A program made the translations under genes and the position numbers. A DNA stretch of 64,000 bases, taken from NCBI RefSeq assembly GCF_006345805.1, contig NC_043002.1, forward strand, positions 98,952,001 to 99,016,000, written 5' to 3'. Numbering within the stretch: position 1 is the stretch's first letter; each line of letters begins with the position of its first letter. The notes below the pieces were generated by a model. It was given only the letters and a program-made list of their open reading frames with translations, did not search any database and was not told where the DNA came from. The stretch is from Octopus sinensis (lineage: Eukaryota). Shown one piece after another: positions 40,103-54,096 of the stretch.

Positions 40103-42039
40103 TCATACTCAATAAGGAAGAAAACTTAGAATACCTTAGAATATTCATCCACTTCTATGACTATATTTTATTACTGATAAGTTTGTCTTTTGTCATAAAC
40201 AAAACGTTAAACTGCACTTATTGGCAAGGCTCCAGGTTGGAAATTCAGAACTTAAGGGGAGTATAAAATTACCCATAGGTTCGTTCTGGCGTTTAATTGT
40301 AACAGTTGTCTAGGGATCTACTTACGGCTCAAAAGAAGAAAAATGATCTTGTGGTCTTGTGAGTCAGGCATGCAAGCCTCGGAGATATTTGTCGCTCAAC
40401 ACTACGTGGAAATTTCCAGGTGCCATGTGAACAAGTCCCTCCTGCTCAAGGACTAACCAAGCTGTGTTTCAAGCGTATGTACCCATGTGCAAGAGGTTAA
40501 CACAATAAATTTTAAATAAATTAGTAGAAGACTAAGAGAAGATTATTCAGATTTTAGCGTAGGGGCCCATGATCGCAGAGGCCTGTAGGCATGGAATGTT
40601 ATTTACATCGGTATAAGTCGACTGCAATGGTACTTGAACAACAAATCATCTATTCTAGGACACTCCCGATTATTGCTAGTTCTACTAGTATACTAATATA
40701 CTGATATACTAATATATTTTGCTAAAAAGTGTTGTAACTTTTATTTAGCCCCATGTATGCTTTGATCAAACCATGTCAAAACCATTTGATAAAATGTAAG
40801 CTCGTTCTATCTTTGTGAACAGGAAATCGAAAATCCTATTCTCCAGCATGGAAGTTTCTAATACGATTTAATGAAAACTGATAGGATTTAACTATTTTTC
40901 TAGCAGATCAAGTGACCATGCAGAGGATTCCTCGTTGATTTTAGAGGCGTGGGTTGTAGATCAAGAATTTAGCTTTTTAGGAAATCCATTTTATTTACAT
41001 CATTTAAAACCTTTTAAAATTATATTTGATGCTATAATTCGCACTTTACTTTTAGCAATAATACATGTACAATCATAGATATATATTCTCATTCTCTCTC
41101 ATTTTCACTCTCTGTATAAACACTCTATTTTACACTATTTCCTCTCTCTCTCTCTTTCTATCTCTCTCTCTCTCTCTCTCGGTATAAACACTCTCTTTCA
41201 CACCATTTCCTCTCTGTTGCTCTCTTAACATTCTCCGTTTTCCTAACACTAACAATATTATCTCTCGTTTATAATTTTATTGTAAGAACTTTCTATTTTT
41301 CTCTGTATTGTACCTCGCCCCCCCTCTCTCTCTCAGTCTTTCCCAGTCTTTCCATTTCTCCCTCCTCCTTTCTACCCCCTCACAACCACTCTCTGGTATC
41401 ATTGTATTCACTTCTTAAAACATTATTACTCGCCCACATAGCAACAATATTTCATAAGCAACGTTTCTCTTTACATGTCTATTGAAGCACTTCCTTCTCT
41501 ATACTCCACACTACACACACATAACACACGCAAACACACACGCACGCCCCCTCTCTCTCTATCACCCCCGCCTATATACAAAATAATGCTATCTCAGCGA
41601 CAGATATACAAAGAAACACATACTAACATCAACTGCTCGTGTATCATACTGCAAACTATTGCAACATTCAACACGAATTAAAAATGACGTTTAAACTATC
41701 GACCTCTCCTACGTCCCCATCCGCGAATACTACCAACATTATCCTATTTAGAGCTATATCAGCCAAATCAACACTAACAATGATATTGTTCGTCAATAAT
41801 GAAGGCTTTTAAAGTTCAAAATTTACCTATTTATTCATTAGCGACAGTTAAATCCAGGAACAAATTTAAACTGAAAATGACTGATAAAACTTCGGTGTAA
41901 AGAAAACTGAAATAAATCGAGCATGACACAAATAATCATAATAATAGTAATAATAATGATGATGATGATGATGATGATGATGATAATAATAATAATAATA
42001 ATAATAATAAAATAATAATAATAATAATGATGATGATGA

Positions 42040-42080
<41 letters not shown>

Positions 42081-42899
42081 ATAATAATAATAATAATAAT
42101 AATAGTAGTAGTAATAGTAATTATAATAATAATAATAAATGGCAGAAATTCAAAAGATAGTGCTCATAGGAACGGCTCATATCCTACACAAAATACTTTC
42201 TATGTAATCTCAAGTTTTAAAACAAACATAATTTTTTTTTTAGGCATTCACTAGTACAACACTAAATACAAAACCAAATATATGGCACACTAGGCATAAC
42301 AACAATACGCACTTCCAACCTGTTGTCTCTTGAGGTCTCTGGGTGAGACTTGGAGCCAACTTGTACAAATATAAAGCAAAAGTCAAACATATAATAATAA
42401 TAATAGTCATAGTCTGATATAATATGATGGAATATAAACATTCCTTCTTCAGATATTGCTAGGAATTGATCGAGTCACTACTGCTATAATCGGTTTTCCA
42501 ACGGTTACTGAAATTTTTTCGGAAGCGTCTTATGAGAAGTACGGAATTCCTCATGAGAAGTGCGTGAGGGTGGACATGCCTCGAGCTCGTGTAAGTTGGT
42601 ATATCTACAGCGCTGCTTCTAAGCTATGTATTATACATGCAGTTTTATATATAATACATGAACATGTTATGAGAAATTAACTTACACGCATCCAGATGTA
42701 GCTAAATAATATAACGATTGCTAATTTCCAGCCTGCTATTAATTTGGGGCCCTAGTCTTTCTATGAGGATAGCTTCCTTATTTCTTAGATTTCCCAAATT
42801 TCTACCATTGGCCTCAATTGTGACTCATGCATTTCTCGGTGTTCCGGCATCTGTCTGGATGTTTTCTGAAGGAGGAGGGTTGCGTGTTTAGATGTACTT

Positions 42900-42995
42900 T
42901 GATGCGAATGTGTAGCAGTCTTGTTTTTGCTATCCACATAAAACTTGTTGCATTTGTTACATTGTATTCTATACACAACATTTAACCTTTGGCAT
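42900..42995 (-). pseudogene. PLE GIY-YIG endonuclease remnant
   Basis: Translates LNVVYRIQCNKCNKFYVDS (VVY.I.C..C...YVG pattern). Confidence 0.6.
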
Positions 42996-43182
42996 AAATC
43001 TGTGTCATGGATGGGGGAGTTAGCTAATGTACATTGATTGCTGTCCCTTGCTCGTTTCTTTGCTAGGTGTCTTCTCAGAGAAGGGCCAGAGTGGCTAGTT
43101 GTATGTCTAATCCATACACACCAATCAAATCATCATCATCATTATCATCATCATCATCATCATCATCATTGTTGTCATTATT

Positions 43183-43213
<31 letters not shown>

Positions 43214-43329
43214 TCCAACATCCGACGGGTGTTATACAGTACACCTGATCAAGCAAGTGCGAATTTGATGGAGAAGGTGAGCCATTTGATTTCTGTCAAC
43301 AAATAATTTTTGCAGTTCGTTCGGCAAAA

Positions 43330-43360
<31 letters not shown>

Positions 43361-43493
43361 GTTGTACTGTTATCTTCCTCATATGATCACGAAAGGAATG
43401 TCTTCTATCCTGCAATGTTAGAAACAGGCTGTAAATGTCAGTTACAGCAAGTTTCATGCACTAGAGTACAGTAATCGGACGATCGCATATGTG

Positions 43494-43882
43494 GAAGGAC
43501 TCTGTCGGTTACGACGACGAGGGTTCCGGTTGATCCGATCAACGGAACAGCCTGCTCGTGAAATTAACGTGTGGGTGGCTGAGCACTCCACAGACACGTG
43601 CACCCTTAACGTAGTTCTCGGGGATATTCAACGTGACACAGAGAGTGACAAGGCCGGCCCTTTGAAATACAGGTACAACAGAAACAGGAAGTAAGAGTGA
43701 GAGAAAGTTGTGGTGAAAGAGTACAGCAGGGATCACCACCATCGTGGAGCAGGGATCACCACCTCGTGGAGCTTTAGGTGTTTTCGCTCAGTAAATACTC
43801 ACAACGCCCGGTCTGGGAATCGAAACCGCGATCCTACGACCGCGAGTCCGCTGCCCTAACCACTGGGCCATTGCACCTCCAC
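43494..43882 (-). mobile_element. SINE family A copy with a small internal rearrangement
   Basis: Family A sequence; gggatcaccacc...cgtggagc is duplicated near 43730-43772. Confidence 0.88.
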
Positions 43883-44039
43883 ATGTGTATGCTATTGAAC
43901 TAGAGAATACTCCCTGCCATCTCTAAGTAAGACACCTTCACTCATATAGACCCCATTTTTTCCCTTTAAGTTTTCGTATTTTTATTGTCGTTTGCTTTTA
44001 TTACTCTATCTTTCTGTTTGTGCTGTACCTGTATTTCAA

Positions 44040-44180
44040 AGGGCCAGCTTCCCGAGAATTACCTTAAGAGTACACGTGTCTGTGGAATGCTCAGCCACTT
44101 GTAAGTTAATTTCACAAGCAGGCTGTTCCGTTGATCGGATCAACTGGTACCCTCGTCGTCGTAACCGAGGGAGTGCCAAC
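44040..44180 (+). mobile_element. Family-A-type SINE 3' fragment
   Basis: tacacgtgtctgtggaatgctcagccac...ccctcgtcgtcgtaaccgagggagtgcc. Confidence 0.75.
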
Positions 44181-44611
44181 AACATATGTATGTACGTGTG
44201 AACGCATATATTCGTTATTTAGCGACGGAAGAAGTAATAGATTAAATGACTATTCTCCATATCGTACGCTTCGAGAATATACTGCAGAAAGCCAAGAAAA
44301 AAGCGGTATCAGTCTCTAGTAAGCACCTTATATAAACGTAATAAAGCCAATGAATATAAACGCGGCAATCGAAAACTGTGTAGCAACGGTAGTGGATTTG
44401 CTAGATACGTATTTTCTCTTCTTCGAGCGTCATTAGTAGCAAGCATACGCAAGCAGCCACGTGCTAGCACATATTTAGCTTATACTAATATGGAGAAAAT
44501 AATGACGAAGATAACACCTGTGCTGCGCTCGCTGGCAGGCAAGTTAAAACAACGTTGTTAGCGACGGAAACAATATATTAGCTCAAAGTATCATTCTGTA
44601 TACCATACAGT

Positions 44612-44998
44612 GTGGAAGCACTGCGTCGGTTACGACGATGAGGGTTCCGGTTGATCCGAATCAACGGAACAGCCCGCTCGTGAAATTAACGTGTAAGTGG
44701 CCGAGCACTCCACAGACACGCGTACCCTTAACGTAGTTCTCGGGGATATTCAGCGTGACACAGAGAGTGACAAGGCCGGCTCCTTGAAATACAGGTACAA
44801 CAGAAACAGGAAGTAAGAGTGAGAGAAAGTTGTGGTGAAAGAGTACAGCAGGGATCACCACCAATCTTCTGCCGGAGCCTCGTGGAGCTTCTAAGTGTTT
44901 TCGCTCAATAAACACCCACAACGCCCGGTCTTGGAATCGAAACCGCGATCCTATGACCGCGAGTCCGCTGCCCTAACCACTGGGCCATTGCGCCTCCA
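44612..44998 (-). mobile_element. SINE family A copy
   Basis: TSD accatacagt at 44602-44611 / 44999-45008. Confidence 0.9.
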
Positions 44999-45147
44999 AC
45001 CATACAGTAGATATACTGTAGAAAGTGCAGAAACTGTAGTACTTGTCTTGAAAAATCATTTCGTATACACGTATAGTGACCGCGTGTGCATCGTTGGCGA
45101 TTTTTTTTCCTCCGTCTTCCCTTTCTTGGATCTTTCCTTTTTCTGTG

Positions 45148-45181
45148 TTTCTGACGAAGAGCTCCGCTCGAAACGTTAAAT
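45148..45181 (+). ncRNA. Minimal type-I hammerhead ribozyme (CTGACGA core)
   Basis: ttt-CTGACGA-a-gagc(tcc)gctc-GAAA-CG-TT-aaa, with palindromic AACGTT as stem III. Lies inside a ~200-bp repeat (45085-45292) that recurs at 48001-48190. Confidence 0.75.
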
Positions 45182-45304
45182 CCTCCTTCTTTCTTTTTTT
45201 CCCTGAGCGTCCAATAATACTATACTTGTTCCACGTCCTCGCGTTGTGTTTTCTCTTTGTGTTTTCATGTTCGGATTAACTTTCATCATCATCATCATCA
45301 TCAT

Positions 45305-45592
45305 CGTTTAGCGTCCGTTTTCCATGTTAGCATGGGTTGGACGGTTCAACTGGGGTCTGTGAAGCCAGAAGGCTTCATCAGGTCCAGTCAGATCTGGCAG
45401 TGTTTCTACGGCTGGATGCCCTTCCTAACGCCAACCACTCCGTGAGTGTAGTGGGTGCTTTTTACGTGCCACCCGCACAGGTGCCAGACAGAGCTGGCAA
45501 ACGGCCACGAACGGATGGTGCTTTTTATGTGCCACCGACACGGGGGCCAGGCGTGGCTGGCAACGGACACGAACGGATGGTGCTTTTTACAT
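45305..45592. mobile_element. RTE-tail-associated interspersed repeat
   Basis: ggctggatgcccttcctaacgccaaccac motif and internal gtgctttttacgtgccacc repeats after a (CAT)n tract. Confidence 0.55.
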
Positions 45593-47440
45593 GAGAAGCA
45601 GAAGATAAATGTCTCAAAGTGGCAGTGGAATACCTAAATAGATATTTCTGCTAATCTGAGCAACATCAGTAGCAAGCATATCGAATCAAATGCGTGCTGA
45701 GAAAAATTTAGCTTACATCAATAAAGAAAAACAGTGATTAACAAACTCCTGCTACACAACCTTTTCCCTGTAAAAGCCTGTCTACTTTGTAAGCCATTTG
45801 ACGCGTACGCTGCAATGAATATCTATTGTAAGGAGTAAAACGGATTCGAAATTATGTACTTTGATGTATGTTTATAATTATGGTCCTTCAAGTGTTTAAT
45901 ATGGCATTTTGAAAGAATTTCAATGAATTTAGGGATACGTAATCTTGAAATGAGACCAAAATTCTTTGAAGAAGAATAACTGAACCTAAGTTGTCAGTGA
46001 AGAAGCATGTTGGTCTTTCATCGTGTGAAGTTTGGCCAGAAGTTACTCATTTATAGAAGCTGTATTATGAAAGTAGCAGTGATAATTTTATCTAATAAGT
46101 AAATAGAAAAATACAGATGTAAGCATACATATATGTGAGCATGTGTATATAAATATGTACATGCACAAATGTAAAGAGAGAAACAGAGAGAGGGGGATAG
46201 AGAGGGCGAGAAAGTGAGAAAGAGAGACAGCGAGAGAGACAGACAGACAGGCAGGCAGAAATTGTGAAAGACATAGGACTGCTGTAGATGATGTCTGACT
46301 GCATGCCATTTGACCTTGTTTTTTCTATCTCAGTCTTGGACTTACAGATATGTTGTAAGCGAAATTAGTTGACAGAAAGAATGCAAAAACACGCATGTAT
46401 ATATATATGATTATTATTATATATATATATAAAATACAAAATGGGACAAGAACGCAAAACATGCGGACAGTTAGGTGATACAAAAATAGGACAACAAAAC
46501 ATCCACATAGACGATACAAAGAAAACAAGGACGGGTCATTCGAAGTTTTCTTTCCTCGGTCAGGTACCAGATTATCTTCGCAAGTAGGGATGATAATACT
46601 TGAAATTGCTCCAATCTGGCCAGCCCAAGGAAAAACTAAGCTAAGAGCACTAGATTCCTTGGAAGAAAGCAACGAATGTATGCAAAAACAAGGACGGAAA
46701 AAACGGACAATGTTACACAAATATAATTAATATAATACCAGGACATAACAACAGGTGTCTTTCGACTAAGAACGAATTAAATTAAACTGGCGTGTGTGGA
46801 AATGAAGCCTTACGGCAAGGATACGAGATTTCACAAACACAGGGAGGAATATCGATGTTGCACGGGCAACGGCCAGACCAATTATAATTGAGGGTACACC
46901 AAGTACCAGCGTTGCTAGAAATAAGAGTCAAAGAAACCACCATTTCATTGAAAATTCAGCAGGCTGACGAACATCGAAGAACGAGCAAAATGATATTGTT
47001 GCTATGTTATTGTGGTTATGTTATTGTTCTTATTATTCATTAATATTAACAATAATATCTTTATTTATTATTATCTAATTATACACTGATGTCGTTTGAA
47101 TTTGGCGATGGTCTTTCAACAATTTATACAGGCATGACAAAGCGACTAGGAATTTAACCCTTGGCAACAACGAAATATATTGATATGAATTTAAGAGAAT
47201 ATCTCAAAAATACATCCAAATACTAAGCGAACAAAGATGAACCATCCCTCTTCCATTGCGCGCGCACACACGCACGCACAAACACACACACACACACAAA
47301 CAAACACACACATACACATTCACATATCCTCCTTTTACATACACACACACATATTCACACAGAGTTGAAACGCTGTTTGGTTTATTTTTTCAGAGTAAAA
47401 TTTTCATCATCTTTCCTTATTCATCCTTATTCATCTATCA

Positions 47441-47690
47441 CCCCTTTCTTTCTCATTCATAAACACGAGTATTATTGTAGTAGATTATGTCGGTAACCAT
47501 GGAAACTATGAAAAATATGAAATCACCCTTTCCTTTCTCATTCATAAAAACAAGAGTATTATTGTAGTAGATTATCTCGGTAACCATGGGAACTATGAAA
47601 AATATGTCATCATCCTTTCCTTTCTCATTCATAAACACAAGAGTATTATTTTAGTAGATTATCTCGGTAACCTTGGGAGCTATGAAAAAA
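47441..47690. repeat. 3 x ~87-bp minisatellite
   Basis: Unit cctttc.tttctcattcataaa..agtattatt.tagtagattat.tcggtaacc.tgg..actatgaaaaa. Confidence 0.9.
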
Positions 47691-48057
47691 ATACGAAGCC
47701 CAACATCACCACCGGATCATTCTACACATCTGTGTAATTGAGTAATTTTTCGTGCAATTCCACCCAGCCGTTTGACCTTGAATCCCAAAAGAAGAAAGAG
47801 TCACCCATGTCAAATTTATATGTAGAGATTATATTACTAGTTATGGAGAAATTATAAAATTTTCCAGTTTTATTTTTTTGCTTGTAATTGGTTATGTTGT
47901 ATTTATCAATGTTGTATGTATATATGTATGTTAGTATATATGTATATATGCATTTATGTATGTATATATGTATATATGTATGTAATGTGACAACGTGTGT
48001 ACCGTTAACGATTTTTTTTCCTCCGTCTTCCCTTCTTTGGATCTTTCCTTTTCCTAT

Positions 48058-48092
48058 GTTTCTGACGAAGAAATCCGCTCGAAACGTTAAAC
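48058..48092 (+). ncRNA. Second copy of the CTGACGA hammerhead with mutated stem II
   Basis: gttt-CTGACGA-a-gaaa(tcc)gctc-GAAA-CGTT-aaac. Stem II pairing is lost. Confidence 0.55.
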
Positions 48093-48211
48093 CCTCCTTT
48101 CCTTCTTTCCTGCGCGTCCAATAACACTATACTTGTTCCACGTCCTCACGTTGTTGTGCTTTCTCTTTGTGTTTTCATGTTTGAATTAACTATATATATA
48201 TATATGTATGC

Positions 48212-48299
<88 letters not shown>

Positions 48300-50365
48300 A
48301 TAATGTTCCATCATCTAGCTTTCGATGCATATACATGTGTGTGCGTAAATATATATTTACACATACACACACATTATATATATATGTTTGTGTATGTGTA
48401 TCTAATTCGTGTCATGCCTGTATTATGTTTCTTCCCGACGTTAAATTCATCTTGTGAGATAATCTATTTAAGAACCTATCATAATATTGTTAATGGTTGA
48501 TGAATACATATTTATCGTTCTGTTATTGTAATTTAGTTGCATTATAAGCACTTGAAAGTGTCTCAAGATATTTTATAACCAAATTAGTAACACTAAGTAT
48601 TACCATACATTGTACTTTAATGCATCACACACTGCACTATTTCCACAATTAGGACAAGCACACGAGTGATTAATCAGACTATTTTGCAAGTTAAACCGAT
48701 TCTTGTTTTCGAGTAATTAAAACCAATTATTTTCTAGTAACCTAAGCAATGTCCCTATTTTCATTTTAAAACCATTATCATGAGAACGCTGAAGTTGGAA
48801 ATATTTTAATTGACTCTGTAGTGGGTTTGTTCTATCTTGAGGCACCAAAGTGAAGTGAAGAAATAACGTGCAATCTCCTTTATTGTGTAGTTGTACAAAC
48901 CATGTGTCTCTTGCTAGGTTTTTGCATTAATAGCTACATTTCGTTGCTTGGAGATATTGAGAATTACCATCCAAAATGTTTAGGAATGCATAATAAAGAC
49001 GACTATTTGATATCGACACGAAATAATAATTATCGGTGATGTGTTTTTAAGTTTTAGTTGAGACATAATCGAAGAAATATGAAGTATTAGGAGTGATTCA
49101 ATGTCATACGCTTCAGTCGAAGAATGGCATAGAAAACAGAAACTTAAAGAATAAGGTCTTAAATAAAGATAAAAAATCATCAACGATAAAATAATCTGAA
49201 GATGTTTATCAGCATTGAACAACACATGTAGAACAACCTGAAAATTTAGCTAGATTGTAGGGTAGTATCTGAAGAAAATTGAGTTTCAACTTTTTGCTGT
49301 TCTAGCGAGCACTTAGAGGTTTCTTTGCATCAAATGGTTAAATGAGGAACAAGAAAAAAAATTAATAATGACAGATATTTGCATCCATCATAAATCACAC
49401 AACTGACTGCATATCACTAGGGAAATTAGCGGCGTTATGACATCAATAACCACCACAGAAGCAACAGCAGTTACAACAACTGCCTCACCACACTGCATGT
49501 TATAATGGAAATCTCAAATCATATGCCCACGCGGCAATATCAAGCGAACATCCTTAACAAGCATAAAAAAATAAACAACCAAAAGTTACAAAAAGATTAA
49601 GTACGAAAGGAAAAATTACGAATCTTCTTTCCTAATTATTACCCCCTTTTTTATCCTCAGATACTGCAAAAATCAATGGAGAAATTTAAAAGCTTGAAGA
49701 CTCGGTACCAGAAGCATTCATAACGTAGACTTTAAGTTTTCAGAGGTGGAAGTAGTATATATCAAACTGTCTCACTTCTCTGCAGGAACGTGGTTTACTC
49801 TTTGTATACTTCCTTATGCCTTTTTTCTGTATTGTTACCCATAAACCTATTTTTTCTTGTGCTTGTGCGTATGTAGACGTATGTATGAACTTTTAAGGTG
49901 CGTGTGTGTGTGTGGGTTTGTATGTATATGCATATACATTTGGCGAAAGATGCAAAGGAAGATGCTTACGTTTTGCGAGTGAGGGTGGATGAATGTATGC
50001 GTACACACGTAGGTGTGCGGGCGTACATGTGTACGTATTAACAGGCACGCTTACGCGTGTGCTATGGACTTTTTACCCCCTTACCTTAATCAGCAGTCAT
50101 TCGAATAGCGCTTTTGTCTCAATAGTGGTCAATGATACAGTAATTTCCCTTTGTATAACGGTCATTTTTCATAGCGTTTTTCCGATGGCCGGATAACTGA
50201 AGAGATTGTTGTGTGGATTTCCACCTCGGCATCCGAAACTCAGAGTTTTATCTTGGCTACCGAATAATTGTCACATATTACATTTACAGATAAATTTCTC
50301 TATTTACATAATATTGTGATCTCTTTCTTTCTTTTGATCTTACCGTTTTTACCAATAAATATACA

Positions 50366-50401
<36 letters not shown>

Positions 50402-50407
50402 TGTATG

Positions 50408-50442
<35 letters not shown>

Positions 50443-50515
50443 AATATTAGGGAATAAATCCAAACTTACAGGGAAAAATCAGATTTAGGATTGAATCCAA
50501 TTTATAGTAAAATAT

Positions 50516-50815
50516 TATATTATATAAATTAGAGACAAAACCACTATCATGCAAATCAAACAATATTAGTCATTTCAAATATCTATATAAGTAGATATAG
50601 ACTAAAATGGATATTAGAATATGGATTTTATTTTACATTTGAAACCACCTGAAGAATGTCTACTACTCAAAGATGTGATGAAAAGAAGACATGAAACGAT
50701 CGTAGTGGATATTAATAATTGTTAAATTTCTAAAATATATAAATTAATTTATGTATTGGATTAAGTCTTTCTTTGTTTGATTTGCATAATAGTGGTTTTG
50801 TCACTAATTTATATA

Positions 50816-50820
<5 letters not shown>
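50516..50820 (+). mobile_element. Small inverted-repeat element enclosing the hammerhead
   Basis: 48-bp inverted repeat 50516-50563 / 50773-50820 (46/48 match), set between (TA)n tracts. Confidence 0.75.
50645..50708 (+). ncRNA. Canonical-core type-I hammerhead ribozyme
   Basis: Stem I ccac/gtgg; CTGAAGA (50649-50655); stem II atgtct/agacat with a 25-nt loop; GAAA (50693-50696); self-complementary stem III ACGATCGT; GUA cleavage site ending at 50704. Confidence 0.85.
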
Positions 50821-50853
<33 letters not shown>

Positions 50854-50854
50854 G

Positions 50855-50894
<40 letters not shown>

Positions 50895-50901
50895 CATATA
50901 C

Positions 50902-50958
<57 letters not shown>

Positions 50959-52157
50959 GTATATATATATATATCTATATATATATGTTGCGATGTTGGG
51001 GGGACAAACACAGACACACAAACATATACACATACATACATATATATTCATGTATATATACGATGGGCTTCTTTCAGGTTCCGTCTACCAATTCTATTGA
51101 CAAGGCTTTGGTCGGTCCGAAGCTATAGCAGAAGACACTTGCCCAAGGTGCCACGTAGTGGGACTGAACCCGGAACCATGTGGTTGATAAATAAGCTACT
51201 TACCATTTCTGACATTCATCGTAGATATGAGCATAATTGGTTATTATTTGTGTATTTCATTGTTTTCCCCTGTTTTTCCATCCCTTCTGTTTTTAGTCAT
51301 CGTGTTGTGTGGTGTGGTGGCGGTGATGGGTGTTATTGTTCCTTTCGTGTTTTCTGTTGTAGCTCGGTCTCTCTATTGGTATGTATGTGGTAGCTAAGAT
51401 AAAACTAATAAGGCGGCGAGCTGGCAGAATCGTTAGCACGCCAGACGAAATGCTTTGCGGTACTTCGTCTACCGCTACGTTTGAAGTTCAAGTTCCACCG
51501 AGGTCGACTTTGCCTTTCATCCTTTCGGGGTTGATTAGGTTAGTACCAGTTAAGCACTGGGGTCGATATAATCAACTTAATCCGTTTGTCCTCTCTGTGT
51601 TTAGCCCCTTGTGGGTAGTAAAGAAATAGGCATGTGTGTAGCCTCTGTTCTATGCGTAGATAATACCTAAATTAAGGGTCAAGAAAAGCAGCAGCAGTAG
51701 TAATATCAGAGGAAATGTGAGGGGAGGGTCACAATACTACTATGATAAGGATGACAACAATATAAAAGGCATAAGCCCATATATACACGCATAAGCACAC
51801 TTGCAAAATACATTGACGTACATGCACTCCCCCCACACAAGCACACACACAAATGTACACATACATATGTAGACACAAACACACACAAATACAGACGCAA
51901 ACGCATGCGCATATTAGGATACCCATCATAGAAGGACAGAGTGGTCTCTGTCACTGCAGCGGTCACAGATGTGTGATGAAAGATTTCCGGACAATGGACA
52001 TGACTTAACATAAGAGCAAACAGAAACGAGTGAAGAACGAATATATAGTGCGCGTGTTGATTTGTCAATAAATAAAGAAATAAAGAACGAAAGAAAGAAA
52101 GAAAAGCACACCCGTAATATAATATCTGTTTCAACACACGGTCCCACAACAGGGAAC

Positions 52158-52232
<75 letters not shown>

Positions 52233-52418
52233 TAAATTTAAAAATAAGGATAAAATCTTTATAAGAAATTATCAGTGGTTAGCGTGAAAATCCTCGTAAG
52301 AGAAAAAATGTGTAAATTTTTCCACTTTGAAAATATTTATTTATATTATATAGAGGGTACTATTATTCATAGGTACTGCACGCTAGGAGGGACTTTTGCA
52401 GTCAAAACTACTAAAATA

Positions 52419-52470
<52 letters not shown>

Positions 52471-52513
52471 TATGTATATGCATACATGCACACACATACA
52501 CACACACACACAC

Positions 52514-52544
<31 letters not shown>

Positions 52545-52545
<1 letters not shown>

Positions 52546-53305
52546 CGAGCTAAATACCCCCTCACCGTCCAATGGACGATGCTGAGTTGTCAAACATTTA
52601 AACCAAATTTTCTCAAAACAACTTGTCCGACCGTCCCATAGGCCTCCCCTTTGAGAAAAACTGATTTGACCTAAATTTGAGACACCAGCAAAAGAAGAAA
52701 TAAAGATAGACTTTTTTCTATTCCAAGGAAAAACGATTTTATTCATACAAATATGCAACCGAAGAGTTTAAAGTGCCAGTAATGATAAGGCTGTAGACTG
52801 GGAAAACACAAACATGGTTTAAACAGTTCTTTTCATTAAAAAATAATTAAACATGCCTTTATTTCAATAACATTTTTGGTTTTGTTAAGCGAAGTTAAGG
52901 TAAAAAAAAATTCCTCTTGAGAAACCAAATAGTCTTTCCTTCCTGCGTGCCAAGTTTGAAGAAAATATCTCTTTTGCATCTTACGTTTTTGGTCTCTTAA
53001 ATATACCGCATTTTGTGGCATTAGTTCAAGCCAGCCGGCATTTTTTACGCAAACTGCACGTGCATTTTTCTCGCGTACGCGTAGAATCGATCGCAACAGC
53101 TGATGTACTTGCGCGTACAAATGCACATTCCCACGGCTTTATCGATCGCATTCTCACCTGGAATCGAATTTTGTAATTTTTTCAAGATTTATACACGCCC
53201 TGATACCGTCGGTTTCTACATATCAAATTCGATCGCAATCAGATGGAGGATGCCCGAGACCCTAAAAGACACACACACAAACAGAACGGATTTTATATAA
53301 TAGAT
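52545..53305 (+). mobile_element. Second Helentron/HINE-like copy with ~130 bp of extra internal sequence
   Basis: Colinear with 33466-34122; extra segment near 52828-52955; ends ...ttttatataatagat. Confidence 0.6.
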
Positions 53306-53484
53306 ATGTTTATATGTGTGTATATATATATAATAGCTATTTTTAGAATCTCCGACAGAAATTAACATATTAACTACTAAATAGTAATATTTGCTACCCC
53401 TTTCACTGTTCCATGCAGAACAAACGTTACTACCTGTTAACGCCAGGAAAATATCTTTTTCCCGCGGGATATTGACACACAACC

Positions 53485-54035
53485 TGTGTGTTTACTGCAA
53501 GTAAAGGAGCGAATCACTCCCACTCCAGCATAGCAAGACCAGTAGACCAGCTGGTTTCTGGGTGCATTCACTTCCTCGGTATTGGACGCCTACCTGCTAG
53601 AGATGACAGCTATTCTGGTGTTAAAATGTAGCAACATTCGTTCTGCATAGAAGAGCCACGTAAAAGTAGAAACGAACACTAATGTTTAATATGGCTAATA
53701 TGTGAGTCTCTTTCAGAGATTTTAAAACCACGACATTTGCTTGTTGCAAGATCAGCAACTGATTGTCGCTTCTTTATTTATATACCGCGAGTAGGGGCGG
53801 ATAGCTGCCACCTCTAGCAGGCAAGCGTCCAGTACCGAGGATGGAAATGCACCCTGAAACCAGCTGATCTACTGTTCTTACTTTGCTGGCTTGGGAGTGG
53901 TCCGCTCCCTTACTCGCAATAAAACATACACTGGTTATATTTCGTTAATCAGCAAGTAAATATGGTCTCCTTGGCTTAAAATGTAGTAACATCGGTTCTG
54001 CATGGAGCAACCACGTAAAAGTAGTAACAGACTTT
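53485..54035. repeat. Composite of a ~125-bp inverted repeat (53485-53612 / 53801-53930) and a ~58-bp direct repeat (53621-53680 / 53977-54033)
   Basis: Arms are ~80% identical (cagtagaccagctggtttc / gaaaccagctgatctactg). The motif ttaaaatgtag..aacat..gttctgcat..ccacgtaaaagtag occurs twice. Confidence 0.75.
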
Positions 54036-54050
54036 ACTGTGTGTGTGTGT

Positions 54051-54096
<46 letters not shown>

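Noticed and set aside
46520-46575. Minus-strand CTGACCGA...GAAT as a hammerhead in the 46430-46990 repeat
   Set aside because: Both core segments deviate and the fold is unconvincing.
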